Below, one piece after another: positions 39,001-52,002 of a stretch of DNA of 64,000 nt (the first letter of the stretch is position 1; every line of letters begins with the position of its first letter). Source of the DNA: Eledone cirrhosa (lineage: Eukaryota). The notes beneath the pieces were generated by a model. It made no database searches. It was given only the letters and a program-made list of their open reading frames with translations, and was not told the origin of the DNA. The stretch lies in contig OZ024742.1 in assembly GCA_964016885.1 (NCBI GenBank), positions 346,952,001 through 347,016,000 of the forward strand, written 5' to 3'. Position numbers and translations under genes: made by a program.

Positions 39001-39203
39001 CTGTGTCCATTGACAGGGTAAAACGGGCCTATACAGACACTCTCACACAAGAGCCCCATTTTCCCCCCACATACACCTGGCATCAGCCAAGCCACAATAC
39101 ACATATAACATCGCACACACCTACACCTACATATGTCACCACCACACGTAGCGGTCGGCGAGTACATTGGCCCAAGAAGCTTTGCAAGACTCTTTATATA
39201 TGA
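36024..39203 (+). CDS. pol: Pol, copy 5
   Basis: Intact; synonymous G>A at 36071 in the predicted pseudoknot. Confidence 0.95.
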   Translation: MYIFGPGKQISGDLSTAQSPLTLPNNRVFFITDTESQARCLIDTGAACSIWPLKLLKEKPQLSTVSLQAVNQSPIPTYGQISRSLNLELRRDFTWIFTVADLPYPILGSDFLHHYNLIVDMRRRRLLDANTELSVPGTRSTVSSVSPVFFIAATENPYQSLLHSFPELTNLNFVMSEPTHSTKHHIETSGAPVFSRPRRFSAEKLKAAKAEFNHMLQLGIIRPSSSPWAAPLHLVPKRSGDWRPTGDFRRLNAMTVPDRYPIPHIQDFASSLHGCNIFSKLDLVKAYHQIPVNPADIPKTAVTTPFGAFEFLTMPFGLRNAASTFQRFMDEVVRDLDFVYNYIDDILVASASPEEHVNHLRLLFERFQKYQVRINPAKCVFGASSLVFLGHVISPEGISPLPDKVKAVQDLQPPTSLRQLRHFLGLLNYYRRFIPHCADLLSPLSDLLRNRKKKNDSISLDTNQLKAFDEVKRKLAETSLLAHPVSGAQFSLVVDASGTAVGAVLQQHHQQQLQPLAYFSKQLKPAETRYSTFGRELLAMYLAVKHFRHSLEGRQFVIYTDHRPLTFALRSKPDKYSPRETRHLDFVSQFTSDIRHISGEQNAAADALSRLPINSLSSPAEIDLQRMATEQPPLDTLDLSSSEFATGKFAYLPVPTSDTQIICDTSTDAPRPLVPVTHRRAVFDTLHGLAHPGISTTVKLISARFFWPNMRRDITAWTRSCLSCQKSKVHKHIRAPLGTFSTPDARFSHVHIDLVGPWPVSRGFTYLLTCIDRFTRWPEAIPLSDISAESVARALVSGWISRYGVPATITTDRGGQFESHLFRELSRILGMQRIRTTSYHPASNGMIERFHRQLKAALRAYPDQQRWSEYVPIVLLGCRAAIKEDLGYSPAELVYGVPISLPGQMLAPLDLPATDPALYVSRLQSYFSNLPPMHPRQQTIKSSVPKDIASWTHVFLRKDAVRAPLMPPYTGPYRVLERTDKLFTLDIGGKKETVSIDRVKRAYTDTLTQEPHFPPTYTWHQPSHNTHITSHTPTPTYVTTTRSGRRVHWPKKLCKTLYI

Positions 39204-39425
39204 ACTATGTTATTTACAGCAATCTTCTTGGAGTTTGCTCCGCCCTTGTATTTGTATTAAATGTATGAACTAAGGTGAACATTACACTATTTCTGACTTT
39301 CCTGTAATATGAACATTTCTTTATCAGTGATATATTTTATTGTGTTTACTATTATATAGTACTTTTTCTTTCATTCAACTGCTACCCTTATTTCTCTGTC
39401 GGCTGTAAGCCTAAGCAGGGGGTGA

Positions 39426-39827
39426 TGTAGCAGTGAATGAAATGTATTTTCCTTCTGCGGCGGAATGGTGTTACGGAGGTAAGTTGGCTGAAGTGTGAGC
39501 CAATCGAAACCTTCGGTGCACTAATTGGACTGTCCAGAACTACGTCACCAGGTGAGCGGAGGTAACCAAGAGAGACATTAGTCTACACGCACCTCTCTTA
39601 TCGACAAGACCAGGCTACACTCATCGCTGCTAACAACATCTCCATCTTGCAATGAAGCGGACCAAACTACATCCTACACATGTAGATACGACCTGTACCT
39701 AATGTATCCGTTCAACATGTACGACTAATAAATAGAGTTACAACATCGATAATGGATTTAGTCAATGTTCTAAATGCCTTCTGATTTCTATTATGTATAC
39801 CAAGAATTGACCCTAAAACCCGTTATA
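39426..39827 (+). repeat. LTR 6 (shared)
   Basis: PPT-TG start; PBS follows. Confidence 0.85.
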
Positions 39828-40458
39828 AATGGTGACCCGAACGTTTAAGGACATCAACACAGAAAAAAACCACATATTTCCGTTGCAACGAACACATCAA
39901 CATTTCGCATCCCCCCCCCGCCCCCCAAAAAAAAACAAAGCCACTCGCCTTTTCTCGGGGTATGTACGCGATTAGCTTGAGTCCTAATATGTATTTGATA
40001 TATTGTCTTATTGTTACTAAATCTGCACATCACACCTTCACTAACATCACCGAACACATGCGTTAATACAAAAATCTTATTTTTTCCTCTCAATTTCTGA
40101 TTGGGCGACGCTATAAAAAAAACAAAAAAAAAACTGTTGGCGCCGATAGCCAGTCAGAGCAAGATGGCCGACTTCCGTCTTCTTCAGCTGTTTTCCCGCC
40201 AAAATGACGGAGGCAACGCCATTTTGAAAAGTACACAAAAAGAAAAAAAAAAAAAAGAAAATAATAGGACAAAGATAAATCATAATTTTTTTTTTTAAAG
40301 CTTGACGTTTTTCCCTCCAACATTGTTTTTGATATATTTTTCTTTTTCTGTCTTTCACTCGGATTATATTTTTTCTTGGCCTGAATTTTCACTTTTGTCT
40401 CGGTGACAAGTGCAGAGTTGTCCTTTCTTTGCCCTTTGCTTTTACATCAGTATACACA

Positions 40459-41367
40459 ATGGGTAGCACTTCATTGCCACCGTTTACCGGTGACGTCACT
40501 GTCTGGTTCGCCCAGATAGAAGCACATTTCACAGCGAATAACATCACCAGTGACCACAGACAGTTAAATCTCCTGTTAAGCGCTTTTCCAGCGTCATTGA
40601 CGTCGGTCGTCAAAGACTTAATTACAGATCCTCGCCCTGGGGCCACCTATGAGAGCGTGAAGCTCGAAGTGTTGCGGCGGACCACATTGTCCGCAGAAAA
40701 AAAATTTCAGACGCTCGTCAATGACGAACATTTGGGTGATCGGACGCCCACACAACTACTGCGTCGGATGAGAGAGCTGGCGGAAGATGCCCCAGCTGAC
40801 AGTGCCCTCCTTAGACAGCTTTTTGTCTCAAGGCTACCCCCCGGAGTTCAGGCGATCTTAGCGCCCATGATGGAGGCTGCTCCTGTCGACCAGCTAGCGG
40901 CTTCGGCCGACAGGGTTATGAGTGTCATCGGACACCCAGCCTCATTTGCCCCCTTCCAGGCACCTCAGCCACCGGCTGCGGTCAATCCGTTCTCTCCTGC
41001 CTCCTTCCAGGCACCCCAGCCACCGGCTGCGGTCAATCCGTTCGCTCCTGTCTCCTTCAATGCATCCCAGCCGCCGACTGCGGTCGCTTCCTTCACTCCA
41101 GCGGCTGCCAGTTATACCGACCAGTCACTTGCAAATGCAGCAATGCTGCAAGCAATAGAGCAGCTAACCAAGGAAGTGAGAAAACTAAGCACTCACAGGG
41201 CTCATTCGCCCAGACGCCGTTTCCAGAGCCGTTCACCCTCGCCACGACGCCGTCACACAGGCAGTTCAGGTTTGTGTTACTACCACAGCCGTTTTGGCGC
41301 AGCAGCACGCTCCTGTAAACAGCCTTGTACATTTTCGGACCAGGGAAACAGATTTCAGGAGACCTGA
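40459..41367 (+). CDS. gag: Gag, copy 6
   Basis: As copy 1. Confidence 0.9.
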   Translation: MGSTSLPPFTGDVTVWFAQIEAHFTANNITSDHRQLNLLLSAFPASLTSVVKDLITDPRPGATYESVKLEVLRRTTLSAEKKFQTLVNDEHLGDRTPTQLLRRMRELAEDAPADSALLRQLFVSRLPPGVQAILAPMMEAAPVDQLAASADRVMSVIGHPASFAPFQAPQPPAAVNPFSPASFQAPQPPAAVNPFAPVSFNASQPPTAVASFTPAAASYTDQSLANAAMLQAIEQLTKEVRKLSTHRAHSPRRRFQSRSPSPRRRHTGSSGLCYYHSRFGAAARSCKQPCTFSDQGNRFQET

Positions 41368-44300
41368 GCACGGCACAGTCTCCTCTGACCCTCCCTAATA
41401 ACCGTGTGTTTTTCATCACAGACACTGAGTCGCAAGCACGTTGTCTGATCGACACCGGCGCGGCTTGTAGCATTTGGCCGCTAAAACTTCTCAAAGAGAA
41501 GCCCCAACTCTCAACCGTCTCTCTGCAAGCAGTAAACCAGTCACCGATCCCCACGTACGGTCAGATTTCTCGTTCTTTGAACCTGGAATTGCGTAGAGAT
41601 TTCACGTGGATCTTCACTGTTGCTGATCTGCCTTACCCCATCCTAGGCTCAGATTTCCTGCACCACTATAACTTGATAGTGGATATGCGCAGACGCCGGT
41701 TGTTGGATGCCAACACAGAACTGTCTGTGCCGGGTACCAGATCGACTGTCTCGTCGGTCAGCCCGGTCTTCTTTATCGCTGCTACAGAAAATCCTTACCA
41801 ATCACTTTTGCATTCCTTCCCGGAATTAACAAATTTGAATTTTGTGATGAGTGAGCCTACTCACTCCACCAAGCACCACATTGAAACATCCGGAGCTCCT
41901 GTGTTTTCGCGCCCTCGCCGTTTCTCTGCTGAGAAACTGAAGGCCGCAAAGGCTGAATTCAATCACATGCTGCAGCTCGGGATCATTCGCCCATCCTCAA
42001 GCCCGTGGGCCGCACCCTTGCATTTGGTACCAAAGCGTTCCGGTGATTGGCGTCCCACTGGGGACTTTCGCCGGTTAAATGCAATGACGGTACCCGACCG
42101 CTACCCGATACCACACATACAGGATTTTGCATCTTCGCTGCATGGATGCAACATATTCTCCAAATTGGATTTGGTCAAAGCATACCACCAAATCCCGGTG
42201 AACCCGGCAGACATACCTAAAACTGCAGTAACAACTCCATTTGGAGCGTTTGAATTTTTGACCATGCCTTTCGGTTTGCGAAACGCAGCCAGCACGTTCC
42301 AACGATTTATGGATGAAGTTGTGCGCGATTTAGACTTCGTGTACAACTACATCGACGACATTCTTGTGGCAAGTGCCTCACCTGAGGAACATGTCAATCA
42401 CCTCCGTCTCCTGTTCGAGAGATTTCAAAAATACCAAGTGAGAATTAATCCGGCAAAATGTGTTTTCGGTGCTTCCTCACTTGTCTTCTTGGGCCATGTC
42501 ATCAGCCCAGAAGGAATTTCGCCACTACCTGATAAAGTGAAAGCGGTACAAGACCTCCAACCACCCACTTCACTTCGTCAACTACGACATTTCCTTGGGC
42601 TACTGAACTATTACAGGCGCTTTATCCCACACTGTGCGGATCTCCTGTCTCCTCTGTCCGACCTGTTACGTAACAGGAAAAAGAAGAACGATTCCATTTC
42701 ATTGGACACGAATCAGCTAAAAGCCTTCGACGAAGTGAAGCGGAAGCTTGCGGAGACATCACTGCTTGCACATCCTGTGTCTGGTGCCCAGTTTTCACTG
42801 GTTGTTGATGCATCAGGCACAGCTGTAGGTGCAGTACTGCAACAACATCACCAACAACAGTTACAACCTCTTGCCTACTTTTCTAAACAGCTGAAGCCTG
42901 CAGAAACACGGTATAGCACATTCGGCCGTGAACTCTTGGCTATGTACCTTGCAGTGAAACACTTTCGGCATTCACTGGAGGGTCGCCAATTTGTTATATA
43001 CACTGACCACCGTCCGCTTACGTTCGCACTGCGTTCTAAGCCGGACAAATATTCACCTCGCGAAACTCGCCACTTGGACTTCGTTTCGCAATTTACCAGC
43101 GATATCCGACACATCTCTGGTGAACAGAATGCGGCGGCAGATGCACTGTCTCGCCTCCCAATTAATTCCCTGTCATCGCCAGCGGAAATCGACCTCCAAC
43201 GAATGGCCACAGAACAACCACCTCTGGATACTTTGGACCTCTCGTCTTCTGAATTTGCAACTGGCAAATTTGCATATCTGCCTGTGCCCACTTCGGACAC
43301 ACAGATTATCTGCGACACCTCGACAGATGCACCTCGCCCTCTAGTGCCAGTGACTCATCGTCGAGCAGTTTTCGACACCTTGCACGGTCTGGCACACCCT
43401 GGAATATCGACCACAGTGAAGCTCATTTCGGCTAGATTCTTCTGGCCTAATATGAGGCGTGACATCACTGCCTGGACACGTTCCTGCCTATCCTGCCAAA
43501 AGTCAAAGGTGCACAAACACATCCGCGCACCCCTTGGAACTTTCAGCACTCCAGACGCTAGGTTCAGCCATGTCCATATAGATCTTGTCGGACCATGGCC
43601 GGTCAGCCGAGGATTTACATACCTCCTGACCTGCATAGATCGCTTCACACGTTGGCCTGAGGCCATTCCTTTAAGTGACATTTCGGCGGAATCTGTGGCG
43701 CGAGCTCTAGTATCGGGTTGGATATCGCGTTACGGAGTTCCAGCCACTATCACCACTGACCGCGGTGGACAATTTGAGTCACACCTTTTCCGAGAGCTTT
43801 CAAGGATCCTGGGAATGCAACGCATTCGAACGACCAGCTACCATCCAGCTTCTAACGGAATGATTGAACGCTTCCACCGCCAATTGAAAGCCGCACTGCG
43901 CGCTTATCCGGATCAGCAGCGGTGGAGCGAATATGTACCAATTGTCCTCCTGGGCTGTCGTGCAGCCATCAAGGAAGATCTAGGCTACTCCCCCGCCGAG
44001 TTGGTTTACGGAGTGCCTATATCTCTGCCTGGTCAGATGTTAGCTCCATTGGACCTACCAGCAACAGACCCAGCTCTGTATGTGAGCAGACTGCAATCAT
44101 ATTTCAGCAATCTTCCGCCTATGCACCCTCGCCAACAGACAATCAAATCTTCGGTCCCGAAAGACATTGCTTCATGGACCCACGTCTTTTTACGAAAGGA
44201 CGCCGTGAGAGCTCCTCTCATGCCACCTTATACCGGTCCCTATCGCGTGCTTGAGCGCACAGATAAGCTATTCACCTTAGACATTGGGGGTAAAAAAGAG

Positions 44301-44504
44301 ACTGTGTCCATTGACAGGGTAAAACGGGCCTATACAGACACTCTCACACAAGAGCCCCATTTTCCCCCCACATACACCTGGCATCAGCCAAGCCACAATA
44401 CACATATAACATCGCACACACCTACACCTACATATGTCACCACCACACGTAGCGGTCGGCGAGTACATTGGCCCAAGAAGCTTTGCAAGACTCTTTATAT
44501 ATGA
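41325..44504 (+). CDS. pol: Pol, copy 6
   Basis: Intact 1059-codon frame. Confidence 0.95.
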   Translation: MYIFGPGKQISGDLSTAQSPLTLPNNRVFFITDTESQARCLIDTGAACSIWPLKLLKEKPQLSTVSLQAVNQSPIPTYGQISRSLNLELRRDFTWIFTVADLPYPILGSDFLHHYNLIVDMRRRRLLDANTELSVPGTRSTVSSVSPVFFIAATENPYQSLLHSFPELTNLNFVMSEPTHSTKHHIETSGAPVFSRPRRFSAEKLKAAKAEFNHMLQLGIIRPSSSPWAAPLHLVPKRSGDWRPTGDFRRLNAMTVPDRYPIPHIQDFASSLHGCNIFSKLDLVKAYHQIPVNPADIPKTAVTTPFGAFEFLTMPFGLRNAASTFQRFMDEVVRDLDFVYNYIDDILVASASPEEHVNHLRLLFERFQKYQVRINPAKCVFGASSLVFLGHVISPEGISPLPDKVKAVQDLQPPTSLRQLRHFLGLLNYYRRFIPHCADLLSPLSDLLRNRKKKNDSISLDTNQLKAFDEVKRKLAETSLLAHPVSGAQFSLVVDASGTAVGAVLQQHHQQQLQPLAYFSKQLKPAETRYSTFGRELLAMYLAVKHFRHSLEGRQFVIYTDHRPLTFALRSKPDKYSPRETRHLDFVSQFTSDIRHISGEQNAAADALSRLPINSLSSPAEIDLQRMATEQPPLDTLDLSSSEFATGKFAYLPVPTSDTQIICDTSTDAPRPLVPVTHRRAVFDTLHGLAHPGISTTVKLISARFFWPNMRRDITAWTRSCLSCQKSKVHKHIRAPLGTFSTPDARFSHVHIDLVGPWPVSRGFTYLLTCIDRFTRWPEAIPLSDISAESVARALVSGWISRYGVPATITTDRGGQFESHLFRELSRILGMQRIRTTSYHPASNGMIERFHRQLKAALRAYPDQQRWSEYVPIVLLGCRAAIKEDLGYSPAELVYGVPISLPGQMLAPLDLPATDPALYVSRLQSYFSNLPPMHPRQQTIKSSVPKDIASWTHVFLRKDAVRAPLMPPYTGPYRVLERTDKLFTLDIGGKKETVSIDRVKRAYTDTLTQEPHFPPTYTWHQPSHNTHITSHTPTPTYVTTTRSGRRVHWPKKLCKTLYI

Positions 44505-44726
44505 ACTATGTTATTTACAGCAATCTTCTTGGAGTTTGCTCCGCCCTTGTATTTGTATTAAATGTATGAACTAAGGTGAACATTACACTATTTCTGACTT
44601 TCCTGTAATATGAACATTTCTTTATCAGTGATATATTTTATTGTGTTTACTATTATATAGTACTTTTTCTTTCATTCAACTGCTACCCTTATTTCTCTGT
44701 CGGCTGTAAGCCTAAGCAGGGGGTGA

Positions 44727-45128
44727 TGTAGCAGTGAATGAAATGTATTTTCCTTCTGCGGCGGAATGGTGTTACGGAGGTAAGTTGGCTGAAGTGTGAG
44801 CCAATCGAAACATTCGGTGCACTAATTGGACTGTCCAGAACTACGTCACCAGGTGAGCGGAGGTAACCAAGAGAGACATTAGTCTACACGCACCTCTCTT
44901 ATCGACAAGACCAGGCTACACTCATCGCTGCTAACAACATCTCCATCTTGCAATGAAGCGGACCAAACTACATCCTACACATGTAGATACGACCTGTACC
45001 TAATGTATCCGTTCAACATGTACGACTAATAAATAGAGTTACAACATCGATAATGGATTTAGTCAATGTTCTAAATGCCTTCTGATTTCTATTATGTATA
45101 CCAAGAATTGACCCTAAAACCCGTTATA
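44727..45128 (+). repeat. LTR 7 (shared)
   Basis: PPT-TG start; PBS follows. Confidence 0.85.
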
Positions 45129-45775
45129 AATGGTGACCCGAACGTTTAAGGACATCAACACAGAAAAAAACCACATATTTCCGTTGCAACGAACACATCA
45201 ACATTTCGCATCCCCCCCCCCCCCCCCCCAAAAAAAACAAAGCCACTCGCCTTTTCTCGGGGTATGTACGCGATTAGCTTGAGTCCTAATATGTATTTGA
45301 TATATTGTCTTATTGTTACTAAATCTGCACATCACACCTTCACTTTCTAACATCACCGAACACATGCGTTAATACAAAAATCTTATTTTTTCCTCTCAAT
45401 TTCTGATTGGGCGACGCTATAAAAAAAACAAAAAAAAAACAAAAAAAAAACTGTTGGTGCCGATAGCCAGTCAGAGCAAGATGGCCGACTTCCGTCTTCT
45501 TCAGCTGTTTTCCCGCCAAAATGACGGAGGCAACGCCATTTTGAAAAGTACACAAAAAGAAAAAAAAAAAAAAGAAAATAATAGGACAAAGATAAATCAT
45601 AATTTTTTTTTTTAAAGCTTGACGTTTTTCCCTCCAACATTGTTTTTGATATATTTTTCTTTTTCTGTCTTTCACTCGGATTATATTTTTTCTTGGCCTG
45701 AATTTTCACTTTTGTCTCGGTGACAAGTGCAGAGTTGTCCTTTCTTTGCCCTTTGCTTTTACATCAGTATACACA

Positions 45776-46684
45776 ATGGGTAGCACTTCATTGCCACCGT
45801 TTACCGGTGACGTCACTGTCTGGTTCGCCCAGATAGAAGCACATTTCACAGCGAATAACATCACCAGTGACCACAGACAGTTAAATCTCCTGTTAAGCGC
45901 TTTTCCAGCGTCATTGACGTCGGTCGTCAAAGACTTAATTACAGATCCTCGCCCTGGGGCCACCTATGAGAGCGTGAAGCTCGAAGTGTTGCGGCGGACC
46001 ACATTGTCCGCAGAAAAAAAATTTCAGACGCTCGTCAATGACGAACATTTGGGTGATCGGACGCCCACACAACTACTGCGTCGGATGAGAGAGCTGGCGG
46101 AAGATGCCCCAGCTGACAGTGCCCTCCTTAGACAGCTTTTTGTCTCAAGGCTACCCCCCGGAGTTCAGGCGATCTTAGCGCCCATGATGGAGGCTGCTCC
46201 TGTCGACCAGCTAGCGGCTTCGGCCGACAGGGTTATGAGTGTCATCGGACACCCAGCCTCATTTGCCCCCTTCCAGGCACCTCAGCCACCGGCTGCGGTC
46301 AATCCGTTCTCTCCTGCCTCCTTCCAGGCACCCCAGCCACCGGCTGCGGTCAATCCGTTCGCTCCTGTCTCCTTCAATGCATCCCAGCCGCCGACTGCGG
46401 TCGCTTCCTTCACTCCAGCGGCTGCCAGTTATACCGACCAGTCACTTGCAAATGCAGCAATGCTGCAAGCAATAGAGCAGCTAACCAAGGAAGTGAGAAA
46501 ACTAAGCACTCACAGGGCTCATTCGCCCAGACGCCGTTTCCAGAGCCGTTCACCCTCGCCACGACGCCGTCACACAGGCAGTTCAGGTTTGTGTTACTAC
46601 CACAGCCGTTTTGGCGCAGCAGCACGCTCCTGTAAACAGCCTTGTACATTTTCGGACCAGGGAAACAGATTTCAGGAGACCTGA
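45776..46684 (+). CDS. gag: Gag, copy 7
   Basis: As copy 1. Confidence 0.9.
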   Translation: MGSTSLPPFTGDVTVWFAQIEAHFTANNITSDHRQLNLLLSAFPASLTSVVKDLITDPRPGATYESVKLEVLRRTTLSAEKKFQTLVNDEHLGDRTPTQLLRRMRELAEDAPADSALLRQLFVSRLPPGVQAILAPMMEAAPVDQLAASADRVMSVIGHPASFAPFQAPQPPAAVNPFSPASFQAPQPPAAVNPFAPVSFNASQPPTAVASFTPAAASYTDQSLANAAMLQAIEQLTKEVRKLSTHRAHSPRRRFQSRSPSPRRRHTGSSGLCYYHSRFGAAARSCKQPCTFSDQGNRFQET

Positions 46685-49600
46685 GCACGGCACAGTCTCC
46701 TCTGACCCTCCCTAATAACCGTGTGTTTTTCATCACAGACACTGAGTCGCAAGCACGTTGTCTGATCGACACCGGCGCGGCTTGTAGCATTTGGCCGCTA
46801 AAACTTCTCAAAGAGAAGCCCCAACTCTCAACCGTCTCTCTGCAAGCAGTAAACCAGTCACCGATCCCCACGTACGGTCAGATTTCTCGTTCTTTGAACC
46901 TGGAATTGCGTAGAGATTTCACGTGGATCTTCACTGTTGCTGATCTGCCTTACCCCATCCTAGGCTCAGATTTCCTGCACCACTATAACTTGATAGTGGA
47001 TATGCGCAGACGCCGGTTGTTGGATGCCAACACAGAACTGTCTGTGCCGGGTACCAGATCGACTGTCTCGTCGGTCAGCCCGGTCTTCTTTATCGCTGCT
47101 ACAGAAAATCCTTACCAATCACTTTTGCATTCCTTCCCGGAATTAACAAATTTGAATTTTGTGATGAGTGAGCCTACTCACTCCACCAAGCACCACATTG
47201 AAACATCCGGAGCTCCTGTGTTTTCGCGCCCTCGCCGTTTCTCTGCTGAGAAACTGAAGGCCGCAAAGGCTGAATTCAATCACATGCTGCAGCTCGGGAT
47301 CATTCGCCCATCCTCAAGCCCGTGGGCCGCACCCTTGCATTTGGTACCAAAGCGTTCCGGTGATTGGCGTCCCACTGGGGACTTTCGCCGGTTAAATGCA
47401 ATGACGGTACCCGACCGCTACCCGATACCACACATACAGGATTTTGCATCTTCGCTGCATGGATGCAACATATTCTCCAAATTGGATTTGGTCAAAGCAT
47501 ACCACCAAATCCCGGTGAACCCGGCAGACATACCTAAAACTGCAGTAACAACTCCATTTGGAGCGTTTGAATTTTTGACCATGCCTTTCGGTTTGCGAAA
47601 CGCAGCCAGCACGTTCCAACGATTTATGGATGAAGTTGTGCGCGATTTAGACTTCGTGTACAACTACATCGACGACATTCTTGTGGCAAGTGCCTCACCT
47701 GAGGAACATGTCAATCACCTCCGTCTCCTGTTCGAGAGATTTCAAAAATACCAAGTGAGAATTAATCCGGCAAAATGTGTTTTCGGTGCTTCCTCACTTG
47801 TCTTCTTGGGCCATGTCATCAGCCCAGAAGGAATTTCGCCACTACCTGATAAAGTGAAAGCGGTACAAGACCTCCAACCACCCACTTCACTTCGTCAACT
47901 ACGACATTTCCTTGGGCTACTGAACTATTACAGGCGCTTTATCCCACACTGTGCGGATCTCCTGTCTCCTCTGTCCGACCTGTTACGTAACAGGAAAAAG
48001 AAGAACGATTCCATTTCATTGGACACGAATCAGCTAAAAGCCTTCGACGAAGTGAAGCGGAAGCTTGCGGAGACATCACTGCTTGCACATCCTGTGTCTG
48101 GTGCCCAGTTTTCACTGGTTGTTGATGCATCAGGCACAGCTGTAGGTGCAGTACTGCAACAACATCACCAACAACAGTTACAACCTCTTGCCTACTTTTC
48201 TAAACAGCTGAAGCCTGCAGAAACACGGTATAGCACATTCGGCCGTGAACTCTTGGCTATGTACCTTGCAGTGAAACACTTTCGGCATTCACTGGAGGGT
48301 CGCCAATTTGTTATATACACTGACCACCGTCCGCTTACGTTCGCACTGCGTTCTAAGCCGGACAAATATTCACCTCGCGAAACTCGCCACTTGGACTTCG
48401 TTTCGCAATTTACCAGCGATATCCGACACATCTCTGGTGAACAGAATGCGGCGGCAGATGCACTGTCTCGCCTCCCAATTAATTCCCTGTCATCGCCAGC
48501 GGAAATCGACCTCCAACGAATGGCCACAGAACAACCACCTCTGGATACTTTGGACCTCTCGTCTTCTGAATTTGCAACTGGCAAATTTGCATATCTGCCT
48601 GTGCCCACTTCGGACACACAGATTATCTGCGACACCTCGACAGATGCACCTCGCCCTCTAGTGCCAGTGACTCATCGTCGAGCAGTTTTCGACACCTTGC
48701 ACGGTCTGGCACACCCTGGAATATCGACCACAGTGAAGCTCATTTCGGCTAGATTCTTCTGGCCTAATATGAGGCGTGACATCACTGCCTGGACACGTTC
48801 CTGCCTATCCTGCCAAAAGTCAAAGGTGCACAAACACATCCGCGCACCCCTTGGAACTTTCAGCACTCCAGACGCTAGGTTCAGCCATGTCCATATAGAT
48901 CTTGTCGGACCATGGCCGGTCAGCCGAGGATTTACATACCTCCTGACCTGCATAGATCGCTTCACACGTTGGCCTGAGGCCATTCCTTTAAGTGACATTT
49001 CGGCGGAATCTGTGGCGCGAGCTCTAGTATTGGGTTGGATATCGCGTTACGGAGTTCCAGCCACTATCACCACTGACCGCGGTGGACAATTTGAGTCACA
49101 CCTTTTCCGAGAGCTTTCAAGGATCCTGGGAATGCAACGCATTCGAACGACCAGCTACCATCCAGCTTCTAACGGAATGATTGAACGCTTCCACCGCCAA
49201 TTGAAAGCCGCACTGCGCGCTTATCCGGATCAGCAGCGGTGGAGCGAATATGTACCAATTGTCCTCCTGGGCTGTCGTGCAGCCATCAAGGAAGATCTAG
49301 GCTACTCCCCCGCCGAGTTGGTTTACGGAGTGCCTATATCTCTGCCTGGTCAGATGTTAGCTCCATTGGACCTACCAGCAACAGACCCAGCTCTGTATGT
49401 GAGCAGACTGCAATCATATTTCAGCAATCTTCCGCCTATGCACCCTCGCCAACAGACAATCAAATCTTCGGTCCCGAAAGACATTGCTTCATGGACCCAC
49501 GTCTTTTTACGAAAGGACGCCGTGAGAGCTCCTCTCATGCCACCTTATACCGGTCCCTATCGCGTGCTTGAGCGCACAGATAAGCTATTCACCTTAGACA

Positions 49601-49770
49601 TTGGGGGTAAAAAAGAGACTGTGTCCATTGACAGGGTAAAACGGGCCTATACAGACACTCTCACACAAGAGCCCCATTTTCCCCCCCACATACACCTGGC
49701 ATCAGCCAAGCCACAATACACATATAACATCGCACACACCTACACCTACATATGTCACCACCACACGTAG
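46642..49770 (+). CDS. pol: Pol, copy 7 (C-terminal tail frameshifted)
   Basis: All catalytic domains intact. An extra C in the run at 49681-49687 changes the tail after the GPY module; S>L at 49031. Confidence 0.9.
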   Translation: MYIFGPGKQISGDLSTAQSPLTLPNNRVFFITDTESQARCLIDTGAACSIWPLKLLKEKPQLSTVSLQAVNQSPIPTYGQISRSLNLELRRDFTWIFTVADLPYPILGSDFLHHYNLIVDMRRRRLLDANTELSVPGTRSTVSSVSPVFFIAATENPYQSLLHSFPELTNLNFVMSEPTHSTKHHIETSGAPVFSRPRRFSAEKLKAAKAEFNHMLQLGIIRPSSSPWAAPLHLVPKRSGDWRPTGDFRRLNAMTVPDRYPIPHIQDFASSLHGCNIFSKLDLVKAYHQIPVNPADIPKTAVTTPFGAFEFLTMPFGLRNAASTFQRFMDEVVRDLDFVYNYIDDILVASASPEEHVNHLRLLFERFQKYQVRINPAKCVFGASSLVFLGHVISPEGISPLPDKVKAVQDLQPPTSLRQLRHFLGLLNYYRRFIPHCADLLSPLSDLLRNRKKKNDSISLDTNQLKAFDEVKRKLAETSLLAHPVSGAQFSLVVDASGTAVGAVLQQHHQQQLQPLAYFSKQLKPAETRYSTFGRELLAMYLAVKHFRHSLEGRQFVIYTDHRPLTFALRSKPDKYSPRETRHLDFVSQFTSDIRHISGEQNAAADALSRLPINSLSSPAEIDLQRMATEQPPLDTLDLSSSEFATGKFAYLPVPTSDTQIICDTSTDAPRPLVPVTHRRAVFDTLHGLAHPGISTTVKLISARFFWPNMRRDITAWTRSCLSCQKSKVHKHIRAPLGTFSTPDARFSHVHIDLVGPWPVSRGFTYLLTCIDRFTRWPEAIPLSDISAESVARALVLGWISRYGVPATITTDRGGQFESHLFRELSRILGMQRIRTTSYHPASNGMIERFHRQLKAALRAYPDQQRWSEYVPIVLLGCRAAIKEDLGYSPAELVYGVPISLPGQMLAPLDLPATDPALYVSRLQSYFSNLPPMHPRQQTIKSSVPKDIASWTHVFLRKDAVRAPLMPPYTGPYRVLERTDKLFTLDIGGKKETVSIDRVKRAYTDTLTQEPHFPPHIHLASAKPQYTYNIAHTYTYICHHHT

Positions 49771-50044
49771 CGGTCGGCGAGTACATTGGCCCAAGAAGCT
49801 TTGCAAGACTCTTTATATATGAACTATGTTATTTACAGCAATCTTCTTGGAGTTTGCTCCGCCCTTGTATTTGTATTAAATGTATGAACTAAGGTGAACA
49901 TTACACTATTTCTGACTTTCCTGTAATATGAACATTTCTTTATCAGTGATATATTTTATTGTGTTTACTATTATATAGTACTTTTTCTTTCATTCAACTG
50001 CTACCCTTATTTCTCTGTCGGCTGTAAGCCTAAGCAGGGGGTGA

Positions 50045-50446
50045 TGTAGCAGTGAATGAAATGTATTTTCCTTCTGCGGCGGAATGGTGTTACGGAGGTA
50101 AGTTGGCTGAAGTGTGAGCCAATCGAAACCTTCGGTGCACTAATTGGACTGTCCAGAACTACGTCACCAGGTGAGCGGAGGTAACCAAGAGAGACATTAG
50201 TCTACACGCACCTCTCTTATCGACAAGACCAGGCTACACTCATCGCTGCTAACAACATCTCCATCTTGCAATGAAGCGGACCAAACTACATCCTACACAT
50301 GTAGATACGACCTGTACCTAATGTATCCGTTCAACATGTACGACTAATAAATAGAGTTACAACATCGATAATGGATTTAGTCAATGTTCTAAATGCCTTC
50401 TGATTTCTATTATGTATACCAAGAATTGACCCTAAAACCCGTTATA
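50045..50446 (+). repeat. LTR 8 (shared)
   Basis: PPT-TG start; PBS follows. Confidence 0.85.
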
Positions 50447-51093
50447 AATGGTGACCCGAACGTTTAAGGACATCAACACAGAAAAAAACCACATATTTCC
50501 GTTGCAACGAACACATCAACATTTCGCATCCCCCCCCCCCCCCCCCAAAAAAAAACAAAGCCACTCGCCTTTTCTCGGGGTATGTACGCGATTAGCTTGA
50601 GTCCTAATATGTATTTGATATATTGTCTTATTGTTACTAAATCTGCACATCACACCTTCACTTTCTAACATCACCGAACACATGCGTTAATACAAAAATC
50701 TTATTTTTTCCTCTCAATTTCTGATTGGGCGACGCTATAAAAAAAACAAAAAAAAAACAAAAAAAAAACTGTTGGCGCCGATAGCCAGTCAGAGCAAGAT
50801 GGCCGACTTCCGTCTTCTTCAGCTGTTTTCCCGCCAAAATGACGGAGGCAACGCCATTTTGAAAAGTACACAAAAAGAAAAAAAAAAAAAAGAAAATAAT
50901 AGGACAAAGATAAATCATAATTTTTTTTTTTAAAGCTTGACGTTTTTCCCTCCAACATTGTTTTTGATATATTTTTCTTTTTCTGTCTTTCACTCGGATT
51001 ATATTTTTTCTTGGCCTGAATTTTCACTTTTGTCTCGGTGACAAGTGCAGAGTTGTCCTTTCTTTGCCCTTTGCTTTTACATCAGTATACACA

Positions 51094-52002
51094 ATGGGTA
51101 GCACTTCATTGCCACCGTTTACCGGTGACGTCACTGTCTGGTTCGCCCAGATAGAAGCACATTTCACAGCGAATAACATCACCAGTGACCACAGACAGTT
51201 AAATCTCCTGTTAAGCGCTTTTCCAGCGTCATTGACGTCGGTCGTCAAAGACTTAATTACAGATCCTCGCCCTGGGGCCACCTATGAGAGCGTGAAGCTC
51301 GAAGTGTTGCGGCGGACCACATTGTCCGCAGAAAAAAAATTTCAGACGCTCGTCAATGACGAACATTTGGGTGATCGGACGCCCACACAACTACTGCGTC
51401 GGATGAGAGAGCTGGCGGAAGATGCCCCAGCTGACAGTGCCCTCCTTAGACAGCTTTTTGTCTCAAGGCTACCCCCCGGAGTTCAGGCGATCTTAGCGCC
51501 CATGATGGAGGCTGCTCCTGTCGACCAGCTAGCGGCTTCGGCCGACAGGGTTATGAGTGTCATCGGACACCCAGCCTCATTTGCCCCCTTCCAGGCACCT
51601 CAGCCACCGGCTGCGGTCAATCCGTTCTCTCCTGCCTCCTTCCAGGCACCCCAGCCACCGGCTGCGGTCAATCCGTTCGCTCCTGTCTCCTTCAATGCAT
51701 CCCAGCCGCCGACTGCGGTCGCTTCCTTCACTCCAGCGGCTGCCAGTTATACCGACCAGTCACTTGCAAATGCAGCAATGCTGCAAGCAATAGAGCAGCT
51801 AACCAAGGAAGTGAGAAAACTAAGCACTCACAGGGCTCATTCGCCCAGACGCCGTTTCCAGAGCCGTTCACCCTCGCCACGACGCCGTCACACAGGCAGT
51901 TCAGGTTTGTGTTACTACCACAGCCGTTTTGGCGCAGCAGCACGCTCCTGTAAACAGCCTTGTACATTTTCGGACCAGGGAAACAGATTTCAGGAGACCT
52001 GA
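51094..52002 (+). CDS. gag: Gag, copy 8
   Basis: As copy 1. Confidence 0.9.
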   Translation: MGSTSLPPFTGDVTVWFAQIEAHFTANNITSDHRQLNLLLSAFPASLTSVVKDLITDPRPGATYESVKLEVLRRTTLSAEKKFQTLVNDEHLGDRTPTQLLRRMRELAEDAPADSALLRQLFVSRLPPGVQAILAPMMEAAPVDQLAASADRVMSVIGHPASFAPFQAPQPPAAVNPFSPASFQAPQPPAAVNPFAPVSFNASQPPTAVASFTPAAASYTDQSLANAAMLQAIEQLTKEVRKLSTHRAHSPRRRFQSRSPSPRRRHTGSSGLCYYHSRFGAAARSCKQPCTFSDQGNRFQET

